DNA of 64,000 nt from Candidatus Micrarchaeia archaeon (GTDB taxonomy: Archaea; Micrarchaeota; Micrarchaeia; Micrarchaeales; Micrarchaeaceae): NCBI GenBank assembly GCA_049967695.1, contig JBMFSF010000001.1, positions 925-64,924 on the forward strand, read 5' to 3'. Below the pieces are notes generated by a model, which was given only the letters and a program-made list of their open reading frames with translations, did no database searches and was not told where the DNA came from. Below are positions 39,974 through 49,074 of this stretch, piece by piece. The stretch's first letter is position 1. The number at the start of each line of letters is the position of its first letter. The translations under genes were made by a program, and so were the position numbers.

Positions 39974-40765
39974 ATGGAAGCATTTGATATTGTTTATGTA
40001 AAGAAAATAAAAGACCTTGTAAGCAAAGGCAAAAGGGATGACGGCCGCTCCTTCACAGATTTTAGGAGCATTAAGATAGAAAAGGAGGTAATACCTAACG
40101 CTGAAGGCTCAGCAGAGGTATTTTTAGGTTCTACTAGGGTTATTGCTGGAATAAAGCTGGAATTGGAGACGCCTATGGAAGACACTCCGGAAGAAGGCAA
40201 TATGGTAGTTTCTGCCGATTTGCTTCCTCTTGCGTCTTCATCATTCGAGCTTGGCCCCCCAAACGCAGACGCGATAGAACTTTCAAGAGTAGTGGATCGT
40301 GCAATTAGATCAGCGAATGTTGTCGATTCTTCTAGCCTTTTCATAGCCGAAGACAAGGTCTGGACAATATACATAGATATAAACATACTTGATGCGGATG
40401 GTAACCTGTTTGATGCAAGCCTTCTTGCTGCAATGGCAGCTCTCCAAAACACCAAAATACCAAAATACGAAAATGGCAAAATAATAAGGGAAGAGCGCAT
40501 CCATAAATTGAAGCTTGACAACATTGTAACTTCTACAACTTTTGCAAAGATAAATGGAGAGCTTGTGCTTGACCCAACTTCAAAGGAGGAATTGGCTTCA
40601 GACGCAAGGATAACAATAGCAACGGATGGTACTCAGATAAGGTCAATGCAAAAAGGGATGAGCGGGAGTTTTTCCTTAGAAGAGATAAATAAAGCAATAG
40701 ACATCTCTTTTTCAAAGCATGCGGAACTGGAGAAAGCGCTTCGTAATGCCGGGGCACATATTTAA
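39974..40765 (+). CDS. rrp42: exosome complex subunit Rrp42 (RNase PH-like, non-catalytic)
   Basis: RDDGRSFTDFRSIKIEKEVIPNAEGSAEVFLGSTRVIAGIK and DGNLFDASLLAAMAALQNTKIP. Position after rrp41. Confidence 0.9.
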   Translation: MEAFDIVYVKKIKDLVSKGKRDDGRSFTDFRSIKIEKEVIPNAEGSAEVFLGSTRVIAGIKLELETPMEDTPEEGNMVVSADLLPLASSSFELGPPNADAIELSRVVDRAIRSANVVDSSSLFIAEDKVWTIYIDINILDADGNLFDASLLAAMAALQNTKIPKYENGKIIREERIHKLKLDNIVTSTTFAKINGELVLDPTSKEELASDARITIATDGTQIRSMQKGMSGSFSLEEINKAIDISFSKHAELEKALRNAGAHI

Positions 40766-40810
40766 ATATGTAAAAAATAAATAAGATTGTTTTGATATAA
40801 AGTGATAGAT

Positions 40811-41086
40811 ATGGCAAATGCTTCTATAAGATACGGCGCAACCAATAGGAAAAGGTTTAATGTAATCAAGAATCAAAAAACTGCGAAGTATAAATGTGAA
40901 GTCTGCGGCAAGCTCTCTGTAGAAAGGGTTAGCACTAGCGTATGGCAATGCAAGCATTGCGGCGCAACCTATGCAGGTGGTGCATATACAATGACAACCT
41001 CAGCAGGCCAGCTGGCTAAGCAATTGATAGAAGGTCTGCAGAAGCACACTTCTGTCGCAAACCAGGCAGAGAGCCAAAGTGACTGA
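40811..41086 (+). CDS. rpl37ae: 50S ribosomal protein eL43 (L37Ae)
   Basis: RYGATNRKRF... plus the zinc ribbon CEVCGKLSVERVSTSVWQCKHCGATYAGGAY. The ATG at 40811 is preferred to the GTG at 40802. Confidence 0.9.
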   Translation: MANASIRYGATNRKRFNVIKNQKTAKYKCEVCGKLSVERVSTSVWQCKHCGATYAGGAYTMTTSAGQLAKQLIEGLQKHTSVANQAESQSD

Positions 41087-41088
41087 CT

Positions 41089-41601
41089 ATGAAAATCACA
41101 TATTCGCCGATAAAGGAGATAGTGATACATGATATAGCAAAAGTGGATTTTCGCGAGCTTATACAAAGCCGCATTACTCCCCAAGGAAATCTTCCTCTTT
41201 ACTGGTGTAATGGCATAATTTTCGGATTCGCCTCTATGCCATTCAATGATCAGCTTGTTGCAGACTACTTGAATGGAATATTGCATTGGATGGAGGTTCA
41301 GTATACCTATATGGAGAACTTTTCTCCGGAACTAAGCATAGATGATACACAGTATACAAAGGTAATGGTAATAAATACGAGCAATAACGCGCTGCACAAG
41401 GAGTTTATAGAATGGCTGAAGAAAATAGAACAAGGCAATATATCTTATACTGATGTGCCTTCATCAAACTCAGCTATGTCATCGATGTTGGAAAACATCT
41501 CATTGGCAAAGAAGCAACAACAGACGCAAGCAGCAAGCCGTAAGGCCTCCAAGAAAGAGGCAAAGAAGAAAAGCCTGAAAGATAAACTATTTAAAAGGTG
41601 A
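41089..41601 (+). CDS. hypothetical protein with a Lys-rich C-terminal tail, inserted between rpl37ae and rpoP
   Basis: 170-aa ORF starting 2 nt after the eL43 stop and ending 6 nt before rpoP. The tail reads ASRKASKKEAKKKSLKDKLFKR. No recognised family. Confidence 0.5.
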   Translation: MKITYSPIKEIVIHDIAKVDFRELIQSRITPQGNLPLYWCNGIIFGFASMPFNDQLVADYLNGILHWMEVQYTYMENFSPELSIDDTQYTKVMVINTSNNALHKEFIEWLKKIEQGNISYTDVPSSNSAMSSMLENISLAKKQQQTQAASRKASKKEAKKKSLKDKLFKR

Positions 41602-41607
41602 ATAATA

Positions 41608-41739
41608 ATGGCATATACTTGTGTAAAATGTGGCAAGGTTATAAATAAAATAGGCAATTTTGTAAGGTGCCCGTATTGTGGTGGCAAGATACTGGTAAAG
41701 TCAAGACCGCAGATACCCAGGGAAATAAAGACAGATTAA
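41608..41739 (+). CDS. rpoP: DNA-directed RNA polymerase subunit Rpo12 (RpoP)
   Basis: 43-codon ORF not in the supplied track: MAYTCVKCGKVINKIGNFVRCPYCGGKILVKSRPQIPREIKTD. CxxC...CPYCGG-ILxKxRP is the RpoP/RPABC4 zinc-ribbon signature. Conserved position after rpl37ae. Confidence 0.85.
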   Translation: MAYTCVKCGKVINKIGNFVRCPYCGGKILVKSRPQIPREIKTD

Positions 41740-41759
41740 ACTATACACTTTTGACGCTT

Positions 41760-43022
41760 TCAAAGTTTTATTTCTATGCTCTGCCCGAGTTTTGGCGCAT
41801 ATGTTTCGAATCCTTCATCTGCCAAATTTGACGCCAAGCTAACTGCATTGTTGCTGTCTCCATGCAGGCATATTATGATGTTAGGTGAGGATTCTCTTGC
41901 ATATCTGTAGAGATCGCTCATTCCTGCATGTGCTGAAAAATCGTAATACGATACTGGCTGCTTTATTTTTATGACTTTTTTGTCAACTACCATTTTATGC
42001 TGTTCAAGCAGCAGCCTTCCGTTAGTGTTTGGGGCCTGGAAGCCAGTAAGCATTATTTCGGAATTGCTGCTCATCTTTTGTACATAGTTCAGCACGGGCC
42101 CACCTTCAAGCATGCCTGCGGTTGTTAGTATTATGGAAGGCCCCTTTATAGCGTCAATCCTATCTTTTTTGCTTGCTACTCTTGTGGCCCTCCCGAACGC
42201 ATCAGAAAGAAGCCTGCTGTTGCTTATCAGGCTTGGATAGCTAAGAACTATGGCAGTAGCCGCCTGTGCCATTCCATCTAGATAGCAATAATCTATTAAG
42301 CTATTCTTATAAAGCATGCTCAGGATTTCTTGGCTCCTTCCTACGGCAAACGATGGGAGAAGGACTGTGCCATTGTTGTCAAGCACAGTTTTTATGCTTT
42401 CTATGAACTCCTTGACAAGCTCCTCCCTGTTCGGATGCTCTTTTAGCGCGTATGTTGATTCCATTACGAGTATGTCTCCTTTTATTATTTCTGCCCCTTT
42501 GTGAAGATACTGTTTTTCTAGCTTGAAATCCCCTGTATAAACAAGCTTTTGGCCATGCCAAGACCTCTTTTCAAGAAGGGTAACTGCGCTTCCGGAGATG
42601 TGCCCTGCGTCAAAAAGCTCTATTTCGTAATCTCTTATGCGAGTTTTCTGCTTGTATTGAACCTCTACAAAGTTCCTTGAAAAAGACCTTAAGTCCTCCT
42701 TTGCAAATCCTGCCTGCCTATGCTCTTTTTTGGCTATGCCTAAGGAATCTTCCAAAAGCAGTTCCGATAGCTTCATTGTGCTTGATGTTCCTATTATCGG
42801 AATATTTCTATGCTTCAGCAGCGCAGGAACAAAGCCTGAATGGTCCATATGCGCATGGCTTATTACTACGCCGTCTACGCTCGGTATCTCTATTGGAAAT
42901 CCAGGCTTCTTCCTGTCTATTTTTATTCCGTAGTCAAGCAAAAGTTTCGTCTTATCGTCGTCATAAACCATTATTGCTGATCTTCCTACTTCTCTTGCTC
43001 CTCCTAAAAATTTTATTTGCAT
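41760..43022 (-). CDS. beta-CASP family metallo-beta-lactamase ribonuclease (aCPSF2/RNase J-like size class)
   Basis: HAHMDHSG (HxHxDH), FDAGHISGSA, MESTYA (beta-CASP motif A) and CLHGD (motif C). 420 aa with no N-terminal KH domains. Confidence 0.85.
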   Translation of the reverse strand: MQIKFLGGAREVGRSAIMVYDDDKTKLLLDYGIKIDRKKPGFPIEIPSVDGVVISHAHMDHSGFVPALLKHRNIPIIGTSSTMKLSELLLEDSLGIAKKEHRQAGFAKEDLRSFSRNFVEVQYKQKTRIRDYEIELFDAGHISGSAVTLLEKRSWHGQKLVYTGDFKLEKQYLHKGAEIIKGDILVMESTYALKEHPNREELVKEFIESIKTVLDNNGTVLLPSFAVGRSQEILSMLYKNSLIDYCYLDGMAQAATAIVLSYPSLISNSRLLSDAFGRATRVASKKDRIDAIKGPSIILTTAGMLEGGPVLNYVQKMSSNSEIMLTGFQAPNTNGRLLLEQHKMVVDKKVIKIKQPVSYYDFSAHAGMSDLYRYARESSPNIIICLHGDSNNAVSLASNLADEGFETYAPKLGQSIEIKL

Positions 43023-43135
43023 TTGTTTACCTTGGTTTTAGAGATTGTTAAATATGCAAAAGCCTCTTGCGAATTTTGTCAAAACAATAAAATAATTTTT
43101 ATGTAAAGAATAAATATATTCACATTTAATAGAAT

Positions 43136-43804
43136 ATGATAGTTATGGTAGACGAACCTAATTTTGAAGATCTAGAAACAATATCTAGGATTACCCCAGA
43201 AACTAGCGTAGAAAAATTCAGCAGCATAATAAACGCTTCCTTTTTTGATGCCGCAAATACTCTAGGCACTTTGAAGCAGAAAGGGCTTATATCTTTTACA
43301 GAAATACTTGGCGGCGAAAACAAAATAGATCTCACAGACAGGGCAAAGGCTCTGATCGCAAATGCAGAAAGCAGATCTTCAGATCCTTTGGACAATTTGG
43401 ACAATGTGGTACTTGCGCAGATATACTCCGGAAAAAAGCATTTTTCGGAGCTGAGCGAAGCGATAAATCTGCAGGCAGGCGATCTTGCAGTACATCTTTT
43501 CAAGCTTTCCAGGCAAGGCTATATTAACGGCGAATTTCGGGGAGGAAAGCTCAATTTAAGCCTGACAGAAAAGGGCTTTATGACCATATCTCCTCCAAAC
43601 GCTGCAGAGAGCGTAATTGCAGGCAAAAAGCAGGCAGATATGGCAATGGCAAAAGCAGAGGATCAAAAGGTAATAGCAGACCTGAATTCATATCCACACA
43701 AAAAATCTGTTTTAAAATCAAAAACAGCAATCTTGGTTGCCTCTACTATTGCGATCATTTTGATATTAGTGCTTATATTTGTGGCATACGCGTATAAGCT
43801 ATGA
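43136..43804 (+). CDS. tail-anchored hypothetical protein (two wHTH-like halves plus a C-terminal TM)
   Basis: 222 aa with a C-terminal TM (AILVASTIAIILILVLIFVAYAY). The repeated pattern ...LGTLKQKGLISF... / ...LFKLSRQGYINGEF... suggests wHTH modules (weak). ATGA overlap with acdB. Confidence 0.45.
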   Translation: MIVMVDEPNFEDLETISRITPETSVEKFSSIINASFFDAANTLGTLKQKGLISFTEILGGENKIDLTDRAKALIANAESRSSDPLDNLDNVVLAQIYSGKKHFSELSEAINLQAGDLAVHLFKLSRQGYINGEFRGGKLNLSLTEKGFMTISPPNAAESVIAGKKQADMAMAKAEDQKVIADLNSYPHKKSVLKSKTAILVASTIAIILILVLIFVAYAYKL

Positions 43805-44448
43805 CGTTAATAAAAGGTGTAATAATGGTTTCTAAGCAATTGGATTATATGAGCGCAAAAAGCCTTTTGGAATCTTACAATATAGCAAGTGTGAGAAGTG
43901 CATATGTAAACAGCCCTGACGAGGCTGAAAAATTCGGGCAAGGCAAGCCTATAGTTTTAAAAGCAATACCTGAACAGCCTGTCCATAAAGCAAAAAGCAA
44001 TCTTATAATGCTCAACCTTAAAACTCCCGAATCTATAAGGAAGGCGTATATTGCGCTTGAGAAGAATGCTCAAAATTACAAGCCTTACAAAATACTTGCA
44101 CAGGAGATGATAAAAGGCACCGAGATAATAGTAGGTGGCAGAAAGGATTCCCAGTTTGGTAAGCTCATACTTGTAGGGCTTGGTGGCATATACGTTGAGG
44201 TATTCAAGGATTTTGCGGTAAGGATCTGTCCAATTACTTCGAAAGATGCGGATTCCATGATAAACCAGCTTAAGTCCAAGAGCATAATATGCCAAGATGC
44301 AGCCCAAGCAAAAATGCTTAGGGAACTGCTCTTGAAAGTTTCAAAAATGCTCATGGAAAACAATATCTCTGAGCTTGACCTTAATCCTGTAATAATCAGC
44401 GGAAGGAGCTATCATGCTGTGGATTTGAGGATAATTGTTGATGAATAA
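43801..44448 (+). CDS. acdB: acetyl-CoA synthetase (ADP-forming), beta subunit (ATP-grasp)
   Basis: 215 aa. EAEKFGQGKPIVLKA...HKAKSNLIMLNL and GTEIIVGGRKDSQFGKLILVGLGGIYVEVFKD are ATP-grasp_5-like. Immediately followed by the alpha subunit gene. Confidence 0.8.
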   Translation: MTLIKGVIMVSKQLDYMSAKSLLESYNIASVRSAYVNSPDEAEKFGQGKPIVLKAIPEQPVHKAKSNLIMLNLKTPESIRKAYIALEKNAQNYKPYKILAQEMIKGTEIIVGGRKDSQFGKLILVGLGGIYVEVFKDFAVRICPITSKDADSMINQLKSKSIICQDAAQAKMLRELLLKVSKMLMENNISELDLNPVIISGRSYHAVDLRIIVDE

Positions 44449-45855
44449 ATGGTGTTTCATATGGCAACGAAAAAAACCCCCAATTTTAAGGATTTGAGAT
44501 ATATAATAAACCCTAAAAGCGTAGCAATAATCGGCGCTTCTGACATACCAGATAAGATAGGGCATATAATACTTGAGAATTACATAGATGCAGGATATGG
44601 TGGTGCGCTTTATCCTGTCAATACAAAAGGAAGCCCTACGATAATGGGCTTGAAAGCTTATAAAAGCGTTTTAGACATCCACAAAAGTATAGACCTTGCA
44701 GTAATTGCGATACCTGCGCCTTATGTGCCTGAGGTTTTGGAAGAATGCGGCAAGGCCCACGTAAAGAGCACGATAGTAGTCAGCAGCGGCTTTGCCGAAG
44801 TAGGCAATACAGATTTGGAAAATCAGATAAAAGAGATATCTGAAAAGTACAACATGCCAATGCTTGGCCCTAATTGCCTTGGGGTAGTAAACTTGAAAGC
44901 AAGGACAAATACTATGTTCCTGCCATCGTTCAAGCTAGACATACCAAAAATAGGCGGGGTCAGCTTCGTATCTCAAAGCGGTGCGATTGGCAGCACGCTT
45001 CTTGATCTTATAGCCCATGAGGGCTTCGGGCTCTCCAAATTCATATCCTACGGAAATGCAACAGACATAGACGAGATTGACATACTAAATTATCTTATGC
45101 ATGACAAGGATACAAAGGTAATAGTGCTTTACATAGAAGGGGTAAAACGCGGTCCAGAAATAATAGAGCTTGGCAAAAAGATTACAAAAATCAAGCCAGT
45201 TATAGTTATAAAAGGAGGAATGACAGATGCTGGCGTGCAGGCTGCGCACTCTCATACCGCTTCGTTGACAAGCAGCTTCGAAGCCTACTCTGCGGCATTC
45301 AAGCAGGCAGGGTTCATAGTGGCTGAGGATATACAGGATCTGCTGGATCTTTCGAAAATATTCCAAATGAAGAAAAAAGTTGCAGGAGATAGAGTAGCAA
45401 TAATAACTGACGGAGGCGGTGCAGGGGTCCTCACTACAGATGCAATTTCAAATGCAGGACTTAAAATAGCTGAGTTGAGCGAAGATTCCAAGAAGCAACT
45501 GAGGGAAGCCATGCCTCCAATAGTAAACATAAGGTTGCCTTTGGATATAGGTGGAGATGCTGATGATTCTAGGTACTCAAAGGCTTTGGAAGTGCTTACC
45601 AAAGACAGCAACGTGGATGTCATATTAGTAATAGTCCTTTTCCAGACTCCTGGAGCAGACTCCAGGGTTGCAGCAACCGTTGTGCATTATGGCGTCGTTT
45701 CGGAAAAGCCCATTATTGCGATAAGCATAGGTGGAAATTACACCCTAGTGCATAAGACAATAATGGAGAGCTCCGGCATACCTGTATATGATTCTCCAAG
45801 GGCAGCGGCAAAGGCCATAAGTGCATTTGTGAAGTACTCTACTTTTAAGGTGTAA
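44449..45855 (+). CDS. acdA: acetyl-CoA synthetase (ADP-forming), alpha subunit (CoA-binding/ligase-CoA domains)
   Basis: INPKSVAIIGASD, GPNCLGV, SQSGAIG, and the phosphohistidine region AAHSHTASLTSS. 468 aa. Confidence 0.85.
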   Translation: MVFHMATKKTPNFKDLRYIINPKSVAIIGASDIPDKIGHIILENYIDAGYGGALYPVNTKGSPTIMGLKAYKSVLDIHKSIDLAVIAIPAPYVPEVLEECGKAHVKSTIVVSSGFAEVGNTDLENQIKEISEKYNMPMLGPNCLGVVNLKARTNTMFLPSFKLDIPKIGGVSFVSQSGAIGSTLLDLIAHEGFGLSKFISYGNATDIDEIDILNYLMHDKDTKVIVLYIEGVKRGPEIIELGKKITKIKPVIVIKGGMTDAGVQAAHSHTASLTSSFEAYSAAFKQAGFIVAEDIQDLLDLSKIFQMKKKVAGDRVAIITDGGGAGVLTTDAISNAGLKIAELSEDSKKQLREAMPPIVNIRLPLDIGGDADDSRYSKALEVLTKDSNVDVILVIVLFQTPGADSRVAATVVHYGVVSEKPIIAISIGGNYTLVHKTIMESSGIPVYDSPRAAAKAISAFVKYSTFKV

Positions 45856-45857
45856 AA

Positions 45858-47180
45858 ATGATAAAAATAGGGAGCAAGGCGAAAAAGATAATCGAAAGAG
45901 ACAAGAAAATTTTTCTTACTACTACAAGAGTTCCCTACTCTTTTGTATCAGATCATGCGGAAGGTGAATACGCTTATGATATAGAAGGCAACAAGTTTAT
46001 AGATTTTTCCAGCTATGTTGCAGTATACTCTTTCGGCCTTAATGAAACAAAAGAAATAAGGTCTGCTGTAAAAACCCAGATAGACAAGCTCATGCATTCG
46101 GCTTTTACTGACTACTACTCCGCCTTGCCTGTGGAATTTGGTGAGCAGCTTTTGACAATGTTTCCTAAAGGCTTTGGAAAACTTTTCCTTTCTAATTCTG
46201 GCACTGAAGCCAATGAAGCAGCAGCAAAATTTGCCCGCATATTTACAGGAAAGAACTATATAATGTCATTTTACAACTCTTTCCATGGAAGATCTCTTGG
46301 CTCCCTAGCTTTTACATCACATTCAACAGTGCAAAGAGAGCATTTTGGGCCTTTCCCATATGCGATGCATGTCCCATATCCATATTGCTATAGATGCCCT
46401 TTCCATATGGAATACCCGAGTTGCGGCTTTGCCTGCATAGATTATATAAAAGAATATCCTCTGCAGCGTGAAACCTCTTCTAAAGAGATTGCTGGATTCA
46501 TAGCAGAGCCCATACAAGGGGAAGGCGGATACATAGTGCCTCCAAAAGACTATTTTAAGAAATTGAAGAAACTGCTGGATAGCGAAGGCATACTGCTTAT
46601 AGATGATGAAATTCAGGCAGGATATATGCGCGCCGGCTCTTTTCTTGCGCTTGATAAGTTCGGCGTTACTGCAGATATATACACAATGGCGAAAGCAGCA
46701 GGCGGAGGGCTTCCTCTAGGTATTACAGTTGTGAGCAATGCTATTGGCGATATTCCTCCAGGATCCCATGCTACAACATTTGGGGGCAATCTCGCAAGCG
46801 TGGCTGCAGCGTATGCCTTATTAAAGCATTTGAAGTCAAACATGAAAAAGGTAGAAAGCGATATAGAGAAAAAGTCCTCTTTCATAATGAAAAGGCTAAA
46901 AGAGATGCAGGAAAATTACGAGCTTCTTGGAGATGTAAGAGGGATGGGCATGATGATAGGCATAGAGCTTGTAAAAAGTAAGAAGACCAAGGAGCCTGCC
47001 CCAGAAGAGGTAAAGGCTGTGCTTGTCGAGGCTTTCAACAACGGGCTTCTGCTGCTTCCTGCGGGAGATTCATCCATAAGAATTATTCCTCCGATTATTA
47101 TAAGCATGGAAAATCTTGCAAAAGGCCTTGATATACTAGAAGCAGCCATAAAGAGAGTAAATTCCACACTTAAAAAATGA
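45858..47180 (+). CDS. class III pyridoxal-phosphate aminotransferase (4-aminobutyrate/acetylornithine aminotransferase family)
   Basis: SNSGTEANEAAAKFAR, LLIDDEIQAGYMRAGSF and TMAKAAGGGLP (PLP-Lys context). 440 aa. Confidence 0.85.
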   Translation: MIKIGSKAKKIIERDKKIFLTTTRVPYSFVSDHAEGEYAYDIEGNKFIDFSSYVAVYSFGLNETKEIRSAVKTQIDKLMHSAFTDYYSALPVEFGEQLLTMFPKGFGKLFLSNSGTEANEAAAKFARIFTGKNYIMSFYNSFHGRSLGSLAFTSHSTVQREHFGPFPYAMHVPYPYCYRCPFHMEYPSCGFACIDYIKEYPLQRETSSKEIAGFIAEPIQGEGGYIVPPKDYFKKLKKLLDSEGILLIDDEIQAGYMRAGSFLALDKFGVTADIYTMAKAAGGGLPLGITVVSNAIGDIPPGSHATTFGGNLASVAAAYALLKHLKSNMKKVESDIEKKSSFIMKRLKEMQENYELLGDVRGMGMMIGIELVKSKKTKEPAPEEVKAVLVEAFNNGLLLLPAGDSSIRIIPPIIISMENLAKGLDILEAAIKRVNSTLKK

Positions 47181-47308
47181 AAGAATAAATAAAAGGGCTT
47201 TTCAAGCAAAAATTATTATTTTTGCTATCAAAATAGCTTATATCGTGATGAAAAAAAGGTCTGAGCCGCAAGCAGTGAAGAAGATCTTGAGTTCTGACAG
47301 GAGGTAAA

Positions 47309-47509
47309 ATGCTATCAAAAACCTACATTAAAAAATTTGTTTGGGAATCTTTTCATGTGAAAATAAGCGATCAGGCTGCAGGCGCGTTGGTTGATTTATT
47401 AAACAAAAAAGCTTCCTCTATAGCAAAATATGCAGTAAAAAGCGCAAAAAAAGACAAACGCACCACCATACTCGAAAAGGATATCAAGAAGTATTCATCA
47501 ATCGATTAG
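47309..47509 (+). CDS. small histone-fold-like protein (DUF1931-like)
   Basis: 66 aa. KISDQAAGALVDLLNKKASSIAKYAVKSAKKDKRTTILEKDIKKY follows the histone-fold helix-strand-helix pattern. A strong GGAGGT motif lies 5 nt upstream of the ATG. Confidence 0.55.
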   Translation: MLSKTYIKKFVWESFHVKISDQAAGALVDLLNKKASSIAKYAVKSAKKDKRTTILEKDIKKYSSID

Positions 47510-47546
47510 CATGTTTGCAAGTTTATGTTAAACAAAAGCTGTTGCG

Positions 47547-48077
47547 ATGTCAGATTTTAATATATCTTTTTCCGAATCGAAAGTGCAGATATCTGGAATT
47601 CAGCCATCTAGCGCTTCCACATTGAGGCTGCTTTTTGAGGTTTTCAATGGCAGCGTCCTGATTACCAAATTCAACTCCATAGGAGGGATAGTAGATCGCA
47701 AGCTTTTACCAAAAGAGGTAAGTCTCAGCGATGCAATAAACCACTCATTTTCAGAATATGGGATAACTCATGTAACCGAAATCCCTTATGAAGAGATAAA
47801 GCTTTTGAAGCGATGCCCTTCCTGCAATTCCGATTCGTTGGAGCTCTTTTATGACAATTCTGTGCCTGTGCTTCCGGTATACATATGCAAGCATTGCGGT
47901 GCAAAAAGCTATTATATGACAAATGAATATCTTCTCAATCTTATAAACGAGCACAGGGAGCTTTTTGACGAAGATACACTTTCCAAATTCGAGCAGGACA
48001 AGCCTCTTTTTATGAATGAGCTAAAGGAATACATAGCACGATTTTTTGCTGCAAAGAAAATTTTAAGAATACAGTAA
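47547..48077 (+). CDS. hypothetical protein with a CxxC...CxxC zinc ribbon
   Basis: 176 aa with CPSCNSDS...CKHCGAKS. No other recognisable motif. Confidence 0.45.
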   Translation: MSDFNISFSESKVQISGIQPSSASTLRLLFEVFNGSVLITKFNSIGGIVDRKLLPKEVSLSDAINHSFSEYGITHVTEIPYEEIKLLKRCPSCNSDSLELFYDNSVPVLPVYICKHCGAKSYYMTNEYLLNLINEHRELFDEDTLSKFEQDKPLFMNELKEYIARFFAAKKILRIQ

Positions 48078-48866
48078 TCATCCTTTGTCTTTTTTATCTT
48101 CATCTTTATTATCTATGCCGTTCTTGCTTTTCCTAAGCAATTTTGTACTCCATATGGCACTTTCCGTTGTACCTATGCTGCTCAAGGTCCATATGGTTAG
48201 TGCAGCAGCCTGGCTTACAAACGCTTCTACACTTGTCGGGTGCAAGCGCATGATGCTTTCTAGCTCTATGGCAGCAAGGGCTGCAGGGATAATATTTATT
48301 GCGCCACTTTTTATTCCATTAAATATTATGCTTTTTCTGTATGCCTTCTCTCTTATGAGCAGAATCTGATCGCGCGCGTTCTCATATAGCTCTTTATAAT
48401 AATTTTCAACGCTTTTCCTTATCTCTCTTGGCACTATCGCATCTTTAACGCTCCTCTCTACTACTATTGGCATTATTCCTTCTTCAAGCTCTTCTTTTTT
48501 CATATGCATATCCTTTGCCACTTCTTTTATAAGGGCATTGTTCTGGAATCTCCAATTTATGTAACCTTTTTTGATTATTTTAATATAGTTGGGGTTGTTT
48601 TCACTTCTTCTTATTATATCTTCTGCTATGCCCTCTATAATTCTTATGTCCAACTCCTTATCGCCAGTTATTGATTGCTCAACTTGTTTGAGGTCCTCAA
48701 CTATCTGCTCAGCAATCTGGTGTGCAGTGTACTCTTTTGGCAGGTTTTTTCTTGTATTCTCCCATCCTTTCAAAATCTCTTGTTTGTAATCAGATATAAT
48801 CTTTTCCAGGTCAGCATCCGAATATTCAAGCTTTTTATTTTCTTGCTTTTCCACTTTATGCACCAT
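48078..48866 (-). CDS. hypothetical protein (helical, hydrophobic C-terminal region)
   Basis: 262-aa ORF with a charged helical N-terminal two-thirds and hydrophobic segments near the C-terminus (GAINIIPAALAAIEL, AAALTIWTLSSIG). No recognised family. Confidence 0.4.
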   Translation of the reverse strand: MVHKVEKQENKKLEYSDADLEKIISDYKQEILKGWENTRKNLPKEYTAHQIAEQIVEDLKQVEQSITGDKELDIRIIEGIAEDIIRRSENNPNYIKIIKKGYINWRFQNNALIKEVAKDMHMKKEELEEGIMPIVVERSVKDAIVPREIRKSVENYYKELYENARDQILLIREKAYRKSIIFNGIKSGAINIIPAALAAIELESIMRLHPTSVEAFVSQAAALTIWTLSSIGTTESAIWSTKLLRKSKNGIDNKDEDKKDKG

Positions 48867-49074
48867 TTAGCATCTGCTTAATTTGATCAACCTTAAGTAA
48901 TAATGAAGATTAAACGCACATTATATATTAATTTTTTCATGCATCGTAAGAAGAATTTAAAGAATTTATAAAGAAATATATAAAGAAGTAGAATAGGTAA
49001 GCTCTTTGCACAGATAAGCTTTTAGAGGCTCCAATTTGATTCTGTGCAGGCTTTTGCCGCTGCCAATTTGCTGA

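Noticed and set aside
47248-47311. 19-codon ORF (MKKRSEPQAVKKILSSDRR) just upstream of the DUF1931-like histone-fold gene, considered as a possible frameshifted N-terminal extension.
   Set aside because: The downstream ATG at 47309 has a strong GGAGGT motif at ideal spacing, and the 66-aa product is a complete histone-fold unit. There is no positive evidence for a frameshift.
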